A DNA stretch of 52,467 nucleotides from a virus. Lineage: Duplodnaviria > Caudoviricetes. Below, one piece after another: positions 10,420-19,588 of this stretch; the stretch's first letter is position 1, and each line of letters begins with the position of its first letter. The stretch lies in IMG/VR virus record IMGVR_UViG_3300022746_000027, positions 1 through 52,467 of that record; one strand, 5' to 3'. The notes under the pieces are model-generated. The model ran no database searches, was not told the origin of the DNA, and saw nothing but the letters and a program-made list of their open reading frames with translations. The translations under genes and the position numbers were made by a program.

Positions 10420-10758
10420 ATGAGTATCATTAAGATCAAAGATGTGTACCTTTACACTGCATTAACATCTAATGCTAACGACAGTTTAGCAGCTATTGAA
10501 TGGTTAGATCAGAACAATATAAATTACACAATGTTGAGTTATGGTGCAGATGAAGAAACACAAAATAATGTTCTATCAGCATTAAGTACATGGTGGTTCT
10601 GTGATCCAGTTACCAACGTAGTAGATCGTCACACATTCACTCAATTTCCTTTTGTAGTGTATGATGCGATTGATGACCAGTACGAAAAAACAAAAAGATA
10701 CTTAGAAGGAATTTCAGCAATCACTTCAAGTAATCTAGTGGAACTGAGCGCACTATAA
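10420..10758 (+). CDS. Hypothetical protein, glutaredoxin-like pattern lacking CxxC
   Basis: ATG at 10420 with GGAG RBS; VYLYT..A.EWL..NNINYT..L...FPFV pattern. Confidence 0.45.
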   Translation: MSIIKIKDVYLYTALTSNANDSLAAIEWLDQNNINYTMLSYGADEETQNNVLSALSTWWFCDPVTNVVDRHTFTQFPFVVYDAIDDQYEKTKRYLEGISAITSSNLVELSAL

Positions 10759-10768
10759 GGTGAATTAA

Positions 10769-11917
10769 ATGCCACTATTGGGTACACAACTAAGAAGAAG
10801 AGTGCTCGCACAAGCGGGTAGTACTCCAGTATACACTACAAATGGTCCATCATTCAACGCACCATATGGAGTGAGAGAAGTTACAGTAGCAGGTAAAGCA
10901 GGCAGAGGTCAAGCTGGTATACCAGCTTCAGTAGGAACTGCAGGAAATACTGGTCTTACGAATGGAAATAATGGAACAGGTGGTGGCGCAGGCAATGGCG
11001 GCAATGGCGGTGGTGGTGGCGCAGGCGGAAAAGATGGAGGCATCTTTGGATCCACAATAAAAACTGGTGGAACTGGCGGCACTGCAGGAACTGGTGCAAC
11101 CGCTGGTACTGCAGGTACAACTGGAGGATCATCACAACAAAACACAACACCAGCAGGTAGTGGTGGACCTGGAGGAAATTCTTCATGGGGCGGTGGTGGT
11201 GCTGGTGGTGCTGGTGGTGACGGCGCTGGTCCTAGTCCAGTTCAAGGTGGCAGCGGTGGCGGAGGTGGCGGCAGCGGCGGATCAGGATTTTCTGGAGGTA
11301 CGGGGAATTCTGGTCAAGCCGGTTCTCCTGGAACCGGAGCAGTTAATCCTACACCAGGAGGTGCTGCCACAGCTGGAGGACTGACAAGATTCAGCACATC
11401 AAATATAGCATTATGGCCAGGCGGTGCTGCAGGAAATCCAGGCAATAAAGCCAATAACGCAAATAATGGAACTGGAGGTCCTGCGGGTGCATCCGGAAGT
11501 CCTGGTAATGCAGGAAATCCAGGTGGATCTGGCGGCGGAGGTCGCGGTGGAGTTGGCGGATCAGGAGCAGTCTCAAGTGGAAGTGCTGGTACTACTAACG
11601 CTACTCCAGGACCAAGTGGTCCTGGAACAAATGGTGCTGGCGGAACAAATAATTCACCTCCTGCATCAGGAACTCCAGGTGGTGCCGGCAACGCAGGATC
11701 AGCTGGAAGTGATGGAAATTCAACGGTTCCAGCTATGGCAGCTACTCCAGGAACTACAGGAACAGTAAATTCAGCTGGAGCAGCTCCTACAGTTTCGCTA
11801 TCGAATGTCACTGTTAGCGTAGCAGCTAAAACTAATTACTCATTAACTATAGGAGCAGCTGGAGATGGTACAACGCCTAGTAGAGGATCGATTCAGGTAA
11901 GCTGGGCAAGACAATAA
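10769..11917 (+). CDS. Glycine-rich low-complexity protein (PGRS/polyglycine-like), probably virion-associated
   Basis: Long GGxG/GxPG tracts between short globular ends. Confidence 0.7.
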   Translation: MPLLGTQLRRRVLAQAGSTPVYTTNGPSFNAPYGVREVTVAGKAGRGQAGIPASVGTAGNTGLTNGNNGTGGGAGNGGNGGGGGAGGKDGGIFGSTIKTGGTGGTAGTGATAGTAGTTGGSSQQNTTPAGSGGPGGNSSWGGGGAGGAGGDGAGPSPVQGGSGGGGGGSGGSGFSGGTGNSGQAGSPGTGAVNPTPGGAATAGGLTRFSTSNIALWPGGAAGNPGNKANNANNGTGGPAGASGSPGNAGNPGGSGGGGRGGVGGSGAVSSGSAGTTNATPGPSGPGTNGAGGTNNSPPASGTPGGAGNAGSAGSDGNSTVPAMAATPGTTGTVNSAGAAPTVSLSNVTVSVAAKTNYSLTIGAAGDGTTPSRGSIQVSWARQ

Positions 11918-11920
11918 ATA
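11914..11920 (+). promoter_or_regulatory. Late promoter ATAAATA
   Basis: Motif 30 nt upstream of ORF 11950. Confidence 0.55.
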
Positions 11921-11949
11921 GACCAGTCGTTTTTACTACTGGATTTATT

Positions 11950-12699
11950 ATGCTACAGAAATTGTTTCGAAGCGTATTCAAGGATGATACTATTGAATTT
12001 CTTTGCGAGGAAGAGGACTATGGTATTATGCCTGCTCCCTTTCCCGCAAAGAAAGATATCCCAGACTGGTTCAAGGCTCTACCAACTAAACTAGGCAACA
12101 AGGGATTCAAAACATCTACTATCAAGAGATGTATGCCGTTCTTAGATGCTCTGAGTGTTGGATACATTATTCCACTTGCTGCTGATGTAGAGTTTACATC
12201 AAATGAAGATGCGACTGGTGTAGAATACAAGTGGAATTTCCATAAGCCTATGGTGGAGAATCACGGCAAAGAGCAGATAACTGCACCTAAGAGTCCTAAT
12301 CCTCTGGGAGATAAGCCACCCATAAAGTTTCTAAACTACTGGAGAATCAAGACACCACCAGACTATTCTCTTCTATTCATTCCTCCACTCAATAGAATTG
12401 AACCAAGATTTGTTTGCTACTCTGGTCTAGTTGATGCTCCATACTATGAGCGTGAGAATGTCAATTTTCCATTCTTCTTCCTGCAGCCAAATTTCTCTGG
12501 CATAATTGAAGCTGGTACTCCCCTGATGCAAGTTATTCCAATCAAAAAAGATAATCTACTGCCCAATTATAGAGAACGTGTAATCGATGAATCTGAAAAA
12601 ATGGAATCTAATAGATTGCGTGGAGTTAGGGATCTGATCCACGAATCGATCTATAGAGACAAGATGCACACTAAGCTACCAAAGAACAAAAAGGTATGA
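11950..12699 (+). CDS. Conserved phage hypothetical protein (DUF6065-like beta fold), commonly a neighbour of oxygenases
   Basis: TIKRCMPFLDAL..GYIIPL, W.IKTPP.YSLLF.PP.N, SGLVD, I.AGTPL.QVIP motifs. Confidence 0.5.
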   Translation: MLQKLFRSVFKDDTIEFLCEEEDYGIMPAPFPAKKDIPDWFKALPTKLGNKGFKTSTIKRCMPFLDALSVGYIIPLAADVEFTSNEDATGVEYKWNFHKPMVENHGKEQITAPKSPNPLGDKPPIKFLNYWRIKTPPDYSLLFIPPLNRIEPRFVCYSGLVDAPYYERENVNFPFFFLQPNFSGIIEAGTPLMQVIPIKKDNLLPNYRERVIDESEKMESNRLRGVRDLIHESIYRDKMHTKLPKNKKV

Positions 12700-12700
12700 T

Positions 12701-13303
12701 ATGTCAGACTATAAATTTTATCCTAATCCTCAAAAAGATGTTGAAGTTGAACCATATATTACTTGGGAAGATGGCTTCACAGACGAAGAATTGAATGCAA
12801 TCGAATCATATTGCGACGCAAATCTGATAAAGGATAAAGCGCAGGTAGGATCAGATGAGTCTGGTAGAGTGGATGAAGCATACAGATCTTCGAATATTGG
12901 ATGGATCGAAAATACACCAGATACCGCTTGGTTCTACGATAAGATGGCATATATCACCAGAATGCTAAACAGTCAATTCTACAATTTCGATATCTACGGA
13001 TTTGTGGAGCACTTTCAATACACAGTATACGATTCAAGTGAAAATGGACATTACACATGGCACTTAGATGCTATGGCTGGTGGTGTGCCAAGAAAACTGA
13101 GTGTAGTGCTCCAACTAACTGATCCAGTAGACTATGATGGAGGTGAACTTGAGATTATGGATAGAGCAACTCCACTCAAAGTAGAACGAAAACGAGGATT
13201 AGTAGCAGCTTTCCCCTCGTATCGACTACATAGAGTTTCACCTGTAACGAGGGGTATTAGAAAAACAATCGTTATTTGGTCATGCGGTCCAGCTTTCAAG
13301 TAA
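12701..13303 (+). CDS. 2OG-Fe(II) oxygenase (prolyl-4-hydroxylase/PKHD-like)
   Basis: HxD (WHLD), RKLSVVLQL, YDGGELE, FPSYRLHRVSPVTRGIRKT. Confidence 0.9.
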   Translation: MSDYKFYPNPQKDVEVEPYITWEDGFTDEELNAIESYCDANLIKDKAQVGSDESGRVDEAYRSSNIGWIENTPDTAWFYDKMAYITRMLNSQFYNFDIYGFVEHFQYTVYDSSENGHYTWHLDAMAGGVPRKLSVVLQLTDPVDYDGGELEIMDRATPLKVERKRGLVAAFPSYRLHRVSPVTRGIRKTIVIWSCGPAFK

Positions 13304-13304
13304 A

Positions 13305-13311
13305 CTAAATA
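13305..13311 (+). promoter_or_regulatory. Late promoter CTAAATA
   Basis: Intergenic, upstream of structural gene 13347. Confidence 0.55.
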
Positions 13312-13346
13312 GAATATAATTTCAACTCTAGCGAGAGAATATCTCC

Positions 13347-14930
13347 ATGGCATACGCAGAACTAACAATAGACCAGGGTACAACATTCCAGACTACCATG
13401 GATCTAACTAGCGATGATGGTTTACCCCTAGATATCACGGGATATTCTTTTACCGCACAGATTAGCAAGTCATACTTCAATACATCTGTAGTAGCGACTC
13501 TTACACCAACTATTCTAGATGCTGCGAATGGTTCACTTCAGCTTGCCCTAACATCGGGCCAGACAGCCGCAATCAAGGCTGGTAGATATCTCTATGAAGT
13601 GAAGATGACTAATCCTAGTAGTGTCACATCTAGAATTGTCGAAGGTATTGTTACCATTACACCACAAGTAGCTGGCGGCACTAGTGGAGGATCATCTGGA
13701 GGAACTGGTGCGCAGGGAACTCAGGGTACTCAAGGCATTCAAGGACCAGCGGGCGGTGGAACTGGTGGCGGTGGAACTGGTGCGCAAGGTACGACAGGTG
13801 CAACTGGCTCGCAGGGAACTCAAGGTATTCAAGGTAGACAGGGAACAACTGGAACAGGTGTTCAAGGATCTGCTGGATCTGTCGGCACTCAAGGTGTTCA
13901 AGGACCTGCTGGATCTGGATCTTCCATCATCGTCCGCGATGAAGGCACACAACTAACAGCATCAGTTACTTCCATCAACTTCACTGGTGCAACTGTAACT
14001 GCTACAAATAGTGGTACTGCTGTAACAGTTGATGTCACTGGAAGCGGCGGTTCAGGTGCAACTAATCTATCTGTTGCTAATACAGCATCATCTGTCACAG
14101 TCGCAAGTGATACAGGCACAGATGCAATCATCGAATCCGCAACAGGATCTGCTGCTGGTGTCCTAAGCGCGGCAGATAAAACGAAGATTGATGGATTTCA
14201 GGCTCAAATAGATTTGAGAGCAAACATTGCTTCACCGACGTTTACTGGAACTGTTTCTGGTATTACAAAATCTATGGTTGGTTTAGGAAACGTCGATAAC
14301 ACTAGTGATGCCAATAAGCCTGTATCCACAGCTACTCAAACAGCACTAGATCTAAAAGCAAACATCGCAAGTCCTACATTCACTGGAACTGTTTCTGGCA
14401 TCACGAAATCTATGGTTGGTCTAGGAAACGTAGATAATACCAGCGATACTAATAAGCCTGTGTCTACAGCTACTCAAACAGCACTAGATCTAAAGGCTAA
14501 CATTGCTTCACCGACGTTTACAGGAACTGTTTCTGGTATCACGAAATCTATGATTGGTCTAGGCAACGTAGATAACACTAGTGATGTCAATAAGCCTGTG
14601 TCTACGGCTACTCAAACAGCTTTGAATCTAAAAGTAGATAAAGTAACTTGGACAGATATCACATCTAACGTTACAGTAACGTCGGGTGGAAAATATTTCG
14701 TAGATACATCAGCAGCAAGAACCATTACTCTGCCAGCATCACCCACAAAGGGCGATGAGATTAGATTTGTGGATTCTATTGGTACAGCATCCACATTCAA
14801 CTTCACTATTGCAAGAAATGGCAATAATATTGGCGGTTTAGCAGAAGATATGACTGTGAGTGTAAACTATGCTGCATTTGGACTAGTGTTCTTCGGCTCA
14901 ACTGCTGGCTGGTTACTACTTGATAAGTAA
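13347..14930 (+). CDS. Mosaic virion fibre protein: Ig-like N-domain, collagen block, three 46-aa repeats, C-terminal beta domain
   Basis: ELTIDQGTTF..DITGYSF.AQI..AGRYLYEV..RIVEG N-terminus; GLGNVDNTSD.NKPVSTATQTAL repeats. Confidence 0.75.
   Translation: MAYAELTIDQGTTFQTTMDLTSDDGLPLDITGYSFTAQISKSYFNTSVVATLTPTILDAANGSLQLALTSGQTAAIKAGRYLYEVKMTNPSSVTSRIVEGIVTITPQVAGGTSGGSSGGTGAQGTQGTQGIQGPAGGGTGGGGTGAQGTTGATGSQGTQGIQGRQGTTGTGVQGSAGSVGTQGVQGPAGSGSSIIVRDEGTQLTASVTSINFTGATVTATNSGTAVTVDVTGSGGSGATNLSVANTASSVTVASDTGTDAIIESATGSAAGVLSAADKTKIDGFQAQIDLRANIASPTFTGTVSGITKSMVGLGNVDNTSDANKPVSTATQTALDLKANIASPTFTGTVSGITKSMVGLGNVDNTSDTNKPVSTATQTALDLKANIASPTFTGTVSGITKSMIGLGNVDNTSDVNKPVSTATQTALNLKVDKVTWTDITSNVTVTSGGKYFVDTSAARTITLPASPTKGDEIRFVDSIGTASTFNFTIARNGNNIGGLAEDMTVSVNYAAFGLVFFGSTAGWLLLDK
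14220..14633 (+). repeat. Three tandem 138-bp repeats
   Basis: Units start at 14220, 14358 and 14496. Confidence 0.9.
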
Positions 14931-14939
14931 GGATCTATA

Positions 14940-15164
14940 ATGTCAACCTATAAATCAATAAAAGACAAGTTCACATCGACAGATGCGAATACACTCATAA
15001 CTCAGAATAAGACACTAGCACAGCTTGTCGATAATAATGGACTCTTCACTGGTGTGGGACTAGTTGGAGGTAATTCGAATTCTCAGATTATCGTAGTCTC
15101 GACTGCGTTTCCTGATGATGCTGACGGTAGAGCAAACGGGACAATCTACATTAGAGTTGCCTAA
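14940..15164 (+). CDS. Small hypothetical virion protein
   Basis: AAGGA RBS; ends GTIYIRVA like fibre termini. Confidence 0.5.
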   Translation: MSTYKSIKDKFTSTDANTLITQNKTLAQLVDNNGLFTGVGLVGGNSNSQIIVVSTAFPDDADGRANGTIYIRVA

Positions 15165-16522
15165 TGGATATTTACATCAAGAATGGCGGCACATACTCTA
15201 ATAATATACAGGGTGTGTATCAAAAATATGCCGGAACATACCACGTTGCTGCTGGAACGTTCCACAAGAGCGCGTTGACATATAATTCACTAGGTCTAGT
15301 GTATCAGAACTTCGACTATCTTGCCGTAGTTGGTTCTTCAACGACAGCATATACATTCATCTCACATCCTAACTTAGGATTCCAGGGGCATGCTGCTAGA
15401 CAACAATATTGTTCAGCTGGTATCGATCTTCCTATTCTGACAGATCTGGCAATTTCAGGTGCGACTTGCGAAACTCTCCGCGACCAAACTAATGGCGCGA
15501 TAACAACGATGAATCTTGCTACTATGGCATCTGCGGGCAAAAAAGTCGGATGCATCATCAACATTGGTTCGAACAACATCGGTGGTACATCTTACGCTAG
15601 TGCGAACCAAGCATTCAAGGACTCAATGACTACTGCTATTACGCAGATAGTTCAGAAGATTCAGACTGCGGGTGGAGTTCCTATTCTAGGGTCTATCAAT
15701 CCTAGATATCAAGCATCCGCCCTTTATAGAGAGTGGAATGACAATCTGATTATTCCTCTAGCGCGTACTCTAACACCAGACTATGTTCCACTTGTGAACG
15801 GAGTACCTACGCCAGTATACGATCTTCACACATTCTATGGTAGAAACCAAGCTGCTTATCCAACAACTGGCGTCAATGAATGGTTCTTGACAGATAACAC
15901 CCACCCAGGTCAAGCTGGTATGACTGGTATTAGATCATACACATCCACTCAACTGAGACTATTTGCATCTGTTCCTAAGATGACTAGAAGAAACTCTGTT
16001 ATCTTTGGTGCTCACGGATCCAACGCATATAAAAACTATGGCGGAATCAATCTAGCAAATACAGGCACTCCTACAATCACTTCAGTCATAGATAGAGAAG
16101 GTAATGTGATATCAGGTGCTACTTTCACGCATACCGCAAATGCTTGGGGAACTACTGCTAGAGGTAACGCTGGTGAATGGACAGTTGGTTGGGAACACGA
16201 TCACATTCAAAAGCAGTATCTATATCACTCAACAACATCATGGACTGCAACTCTGACTCTAGGTGCATCATACGCAAATAAATCTGGTACTCTGTATGTG
16301 ACATATAATACAAAAAATAACAGAACATCGCAGATAACTTGTAATGGAATAAACTATCAGATAAGCGGTTATATGGGTGGTGCCTTGACTGGCATCATCA
16401 AGATAGATGTTCCGTATACGTTAGATTCAAGTGGTTCAGTTCAAATAACTATCGCTAACGTTAGTGGCGGATTTCCAGGAATATCTGGATTAGAGTATGT
16501 GTTTGACTGGCTGTATCAGTAA
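15164..16522 (+). CDS. SGNH/GDSL-type esterase domain protein, probably virion-associated
   Basis: Blocks VVGSSTT, AISGAT, INIGSNN and DNTHP in SGNH order. Confidence 0.7.
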   Translation: MDIYIKNGGTYSNNIQGVYQKYAGTYHVAAGTFHKSALTYNSLGLVYQNFDYLAVVGSSTTAYTFISHPNLGFQGHAARQQYCSAGIDLPILTDLAISGATCETLRDQTNGAITTMNLATMASAGKKVGCIINIGSNNIGGTSYASANQAFKDSMTTAITQIVQKIQTAGGVPILGSINPRYQASALYREWNDNLIIPLARTLTPDYVPLVNGVPTPVYDLHTFYGRNQAAYPTTGVNEWFLTDNTHPGQAGMTGIRSYTSTQLRLFASVPKMTRRNSVIFGAHGSNAYKNYGGINLANTGTPTITSVIDREGNVISGATFTHTANAWGTTARGNAGEWTVGWEHDHIQKQYLYHSTTSWTATLTLGASYANKSGTLYVTYNTKNNRTSQITCNGINYQISGYMGGALTGIIKIDVPYTLDSSGSVQITIANVSGGFPGISGLEYVFDWLYQ

Positions 16523-16533
16523 CGGAGTTATAA

Positions 16534-17295
16534 ATGGCTACACCAACAACTAGAGTAGAATTCAAGGACTACTGTTTACGTCAGCTAGGCTTTCCAGTCA
16601 TTGATATCAATGTCGATGACGACCAGATAGAAGATAGAGTGGACGATGCGCTACAGAAGTTTGCTGAGTATCATTACGATGGTACAGAAAAGCAATATCT
16701 AAAGTACATGATAACAGAGAGTGATTATGCGAATAGGTACTTGAGTTTGCCAGATACAATTATTGGTGTATCTAGAGTATTGCCAATAACAAGTTCTGCT
16801 GTATCGAACAACGGTTCGAACTTCAACATATTCGATCTAAACTACCAACTAAGATTGAATGAACTATATGAGTTCACATCATCTTCATATCAGCATTATT
16901 GGATTGCTAGAAGTCATATCCGTATGCTAGAAATGATTCTCACTGGCGAGAATCCAGTTAGATTCAATAAGAAGCACAACAGACTTTATGTTGATATGAA
17001 TTGGGATGCTCAAGAAGTACCGAAGAACAATTTTATCATCATAGAATGTCTAGAAGTGTTGAATCCTGAGCAGTATGGTAACGTATTCAATGACTCATGG
17101 CTGAAAGAGTATGGTACTCAGCTAATCAAAAAGCAATGGGGATCTAATCTAACGAAGTATGCAAACTACACATTGCCTGGTGGTATCGTCATCAATGGCG
17201 AAAAAATCTATGCAGATGCATCGGCAGATATCATTCGACTAGAAGAAGTATTACGCAATACATACGAAGAACCGCCTGGATTCTTAGTGGGATAA
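16534..17295 (+). CDS. gp13: Neck protein gp13
   Basis: KDYCLRQLGFPVIDINVDDDQIEDR, IKKQWGSNLTKY, LPGGIVING; synteny. Confidence 0.93.
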   Translation: MATPTTRVEFKDYCLRQLGFPVIDINVDDDQIEDRVDDALQKFAEYHYDGTEKQYLKYMITESDYANRYLSLPDTIIGVSRVLPITSSAVSNNGSNFNIFDLNYQLRLNELYEFTSSSYQHYWIARSHIRMLEMILTGENPVRFNKKHNRLYVDMNWDAQEVPKNNFIIIECLEVLNPEQYGNVFNDSWLKEYGTQLIKKQWGSNLTKYANYTLPGGIVINGEKIYADASADIIRLEEVLRNTYEEPPGFLVG

Positions 17296-17298
17296 ACC

Positions 17299-18171
17299 AT
17301 GCCAACTTCACCATACTTCAACAACCAGAATGCTACTAGAGAACAATGGCTACTAGAAGATCTTACCATTGAGTCTATTCGCAATCATGGTATAGATATT
17401 TGGTATATACCAAGGACATCATACGATCATCTTGACGAACTATTCGGAGATGATCCTGTGAAATATTTCGATAGGGCAATCAAACTAGACTGCTATCTAG
17501 AGACGTTCCAAGACTATGGTGGAAACAAGGAATTTTTCTCTAAGTTTGGTCTACAGGTAGATGAATCAGCAAAACTAGCAGTCGCAAGAAGAACATTTGA
17601 GAAGTTGGTTCCTAGAACTCTTCGTAATCTACCAAAAGAAGGTGATCTTCTGTATTTACCTGTACAGATGAAACTAATGGAAATCAGATTCGTAGAAGAA
17701 GAGAGAAACTTCTTTCAGTTGGGTAGAGACTCCAGAAATCCATACATGTATGTAATGTCTGTTGAGGCATTCAAATACAACGGCGAGTTTATGAACACTG
17801 GTGTATCTGAAATAGATGATATTGTGGATGGACTTGCACAATCTATCACTCTAGAAGTTACCAATACGGGTATCTCATTCGAACGTGGTGAAGTCATTTA
17901 TCAGGGCAGTTCTCTCCAGACATCAACAGCTAGATGTATTGTCGCAGAATATGATAGACCAAACAATGCGCTGAGAGTAAGACACATTAGAGGTCAATTT
18001 ACTCTAGCAGATATTCATGGCGTCACATCTGGAGCAACTGGTACAATTACATTTATGAATGAACAAGAAGATTCTACGCCAGATAGATTCTCAGATAACG
18101 TACAGCTGGAAGAAGAAGCAATTGCAATTCTTGATTTCAGCGAGAAGAATCCTTTTGGTGAGGTTAGCTGA
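17299..18171 (+). CDS. gp14: Neck protein gp14
   Basis: ESIRNHGIDIWYIPR, FFSKFGL, PKEGDLLYLP, FFQLG, LDFSEKNPFG. Confidence 0.93.
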   Translation: MPTSPYFNNQNATREQWLLEDLTIESIRNHGIDIWYIPRTSYDHLDELFGDDPVKYFDRAIKLDCYLETFQDYGGNKEFFSKFGLQVDESAKLAVARRTFEKLVPRTLRNLPKEGDLLYLPVQMKLMEIRFVEEERNFFQLGRDSRNPYMYVMSVEAFKYNGEFMNTGVSEIDDIVDGLAQSITLEVTNTGISFERGEVIYQGSSLQTSTARCIVAEYDRPNNALRVRHIRGQFTLADIHGVTSGATGTITFMNEQEDSTPDRFSDNVQLEEEAIAILDFSEKNPFGEVS

Positions 18172-19172
18172 TGTTAAGCAATCAACACTTTTACCATAGA
18201 ACAGTTAGAAAGCTAGTTGTTTCTTTTGGAAATATATTCAACAACCTAAAGATGTTCAGATACGCTACAGATGGTGTAACTGAAGTTGAGAGGATCGTTG
18301 TTCCTTTGGCATACGCATCGAAGGAAAAATTCTATAAGAGAATCACAGAAGATCCTGAACTGACTAAGCAGACTCAGATCATTCTACCCAGAATGTCATT
18401 CGACATGAATGGTATTACTTACGATCCTTTGAGAAAGATATCTTCGCATATTGACAATTTCTCTGAGGGTACGTCAGCTGGTATGGCTAGACGTATCAAG
18501 ATGACTCCGTACAACTTCGATTTCAACGTAAACATCTTTGTTCGCAATACCGAAGATGGAATGCAGATCGTAGAGCAGATACTACCTTATTTCAATCCAG
18601 ACTACACTATGACAATAGATTTTCTTGGAATGGATAATCTAAAACTTGATATACCGATCGTTTTCAATAGCATCACATACGATGATTCGTATGAGGGTGA
18701 TTCTGAGTCTACTAGAACACTAGTTTGGACTATGAATTTCACTGTCAAAGGATATCTGTTCGGTCCACCATATGAGGACAAGATCATCACAAAGTCTACT
18801 GCAAATGTATTCAACGACATCATAGCAGACTCATCATCTAAGGAACTCATCTTCTGGTCAAATGATAACAACGGAATCAAATTTAAGCAAGATGAAGTTG
18901 TGTATCAAGGTGAAAAGCCAAATGAAGCTACGATGAAGGCTTTTGTGTATAGTTTCAACGAAGAAACGAATCGCATGATCGTGAGCGACTATAATGGAGA
19001 ACTGAGATATAATACATATCTGACAGGCGCTTCCACTGGCGCTAGATATAATGTCAAGTCATTCTCTGTTGTGACAAATCAACTAATCAACATAGAAGTT
19101 ACGCCAATTCCACTTACGGCAAATGCGAATGATGCGTTCGGGTTCAGCACAACTATAATAGAGTATGTATGA
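18171..19172 (+). CDS. gp15: Tail sheath stabiliser/terminator gp15
   Basis: FYHRTVRKLVVSFGNIFN, LPRMSF, QIVEQILPYFNP, KGYLFGP. Confidence 0.93.
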   Translation: MLSNQHFYHRTVRKLVVSFGNIFNNLKMFRYATDGVTEVERIVVPLAYASKEKFYKRITEDPELTKQTQIILPRMSFDMNGITYDPLRKISSHIDNFSEGTSAGMARRIKMTPYNFDFNVNIFVRNTEDGMQIVEQILPYFNPDYTMTIDFLGMDNLKLDIPIVFNSITYDDSYEGDSESTRTLVWTMNFTVKGYLFGPPYEDKIITKSTANVFNDIIADSSSKELIFWSNDNNGIKFKQDEVVYQGEKPNEATMKAFVYSFNEETNRMIVSDYNGELRYNTYLTGASTGARYNVKSFSVVTNQLINIEVTPIPLTANANDAFGFSTTIIEYV

Positions 19173-19588
19173 TTGAAACTAATAAAACTCTAGACTCGAT
19201 TCTAGAAACTGAATTTATACCAGCGAATGAAGTAGACCAAACTAAAGAAACACTTCCAATGGTTCCTACTGGTAGTGTTTCAGTAGAGGAAGACTTCGAC
19301 TATTCTCGTAGAAATTACCACGACCTACTAGAGAAGGGTGGTCTTGCGTTAGATGGTATTCTAGAAGTAGCAAAGGAATCGCAGCATCCTAGAGCGTATG
19401 AAGTCGCAGCTACTTTGATGAAAAATCTAGCTGATATGACTGATAAACTCCTATTGCTCCAGAAGCAAAAGAAAGATTTGACAGGTGAAGCGCCAGCAGC
19501 ACCGAAACAAACAGTTAATGTTGATAAGGCAGTATTCGTTGGAAGTGCTGCCGATTTACTAAAGCAGATAAAGAATGGAAATAATTGA
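19169..19588 (+). CDS. gp16: Terminase small subunit gp16
   Basis: DFDYSRRN, SQHPRAYEVA, VFVGSAADL. Confidence 0.93.
   Translation: MIETNKTLDSILETEFIPANEVDQTKETLPMVPTGSVSVEEDFDYSRRNYHDLLEKGGLALDGILEVAKESQHPRAYEVAATLMKNLADMTDKLLLLQKQKKDLTGEAPAAPKQTVNVDKAVFVGSAADLLKQIKNGNN

Noticed and set aside
10909-11811. Pro-rich antisense ORFs
   Set aside because: Reverse complement of the Gly codons of 10769..11917
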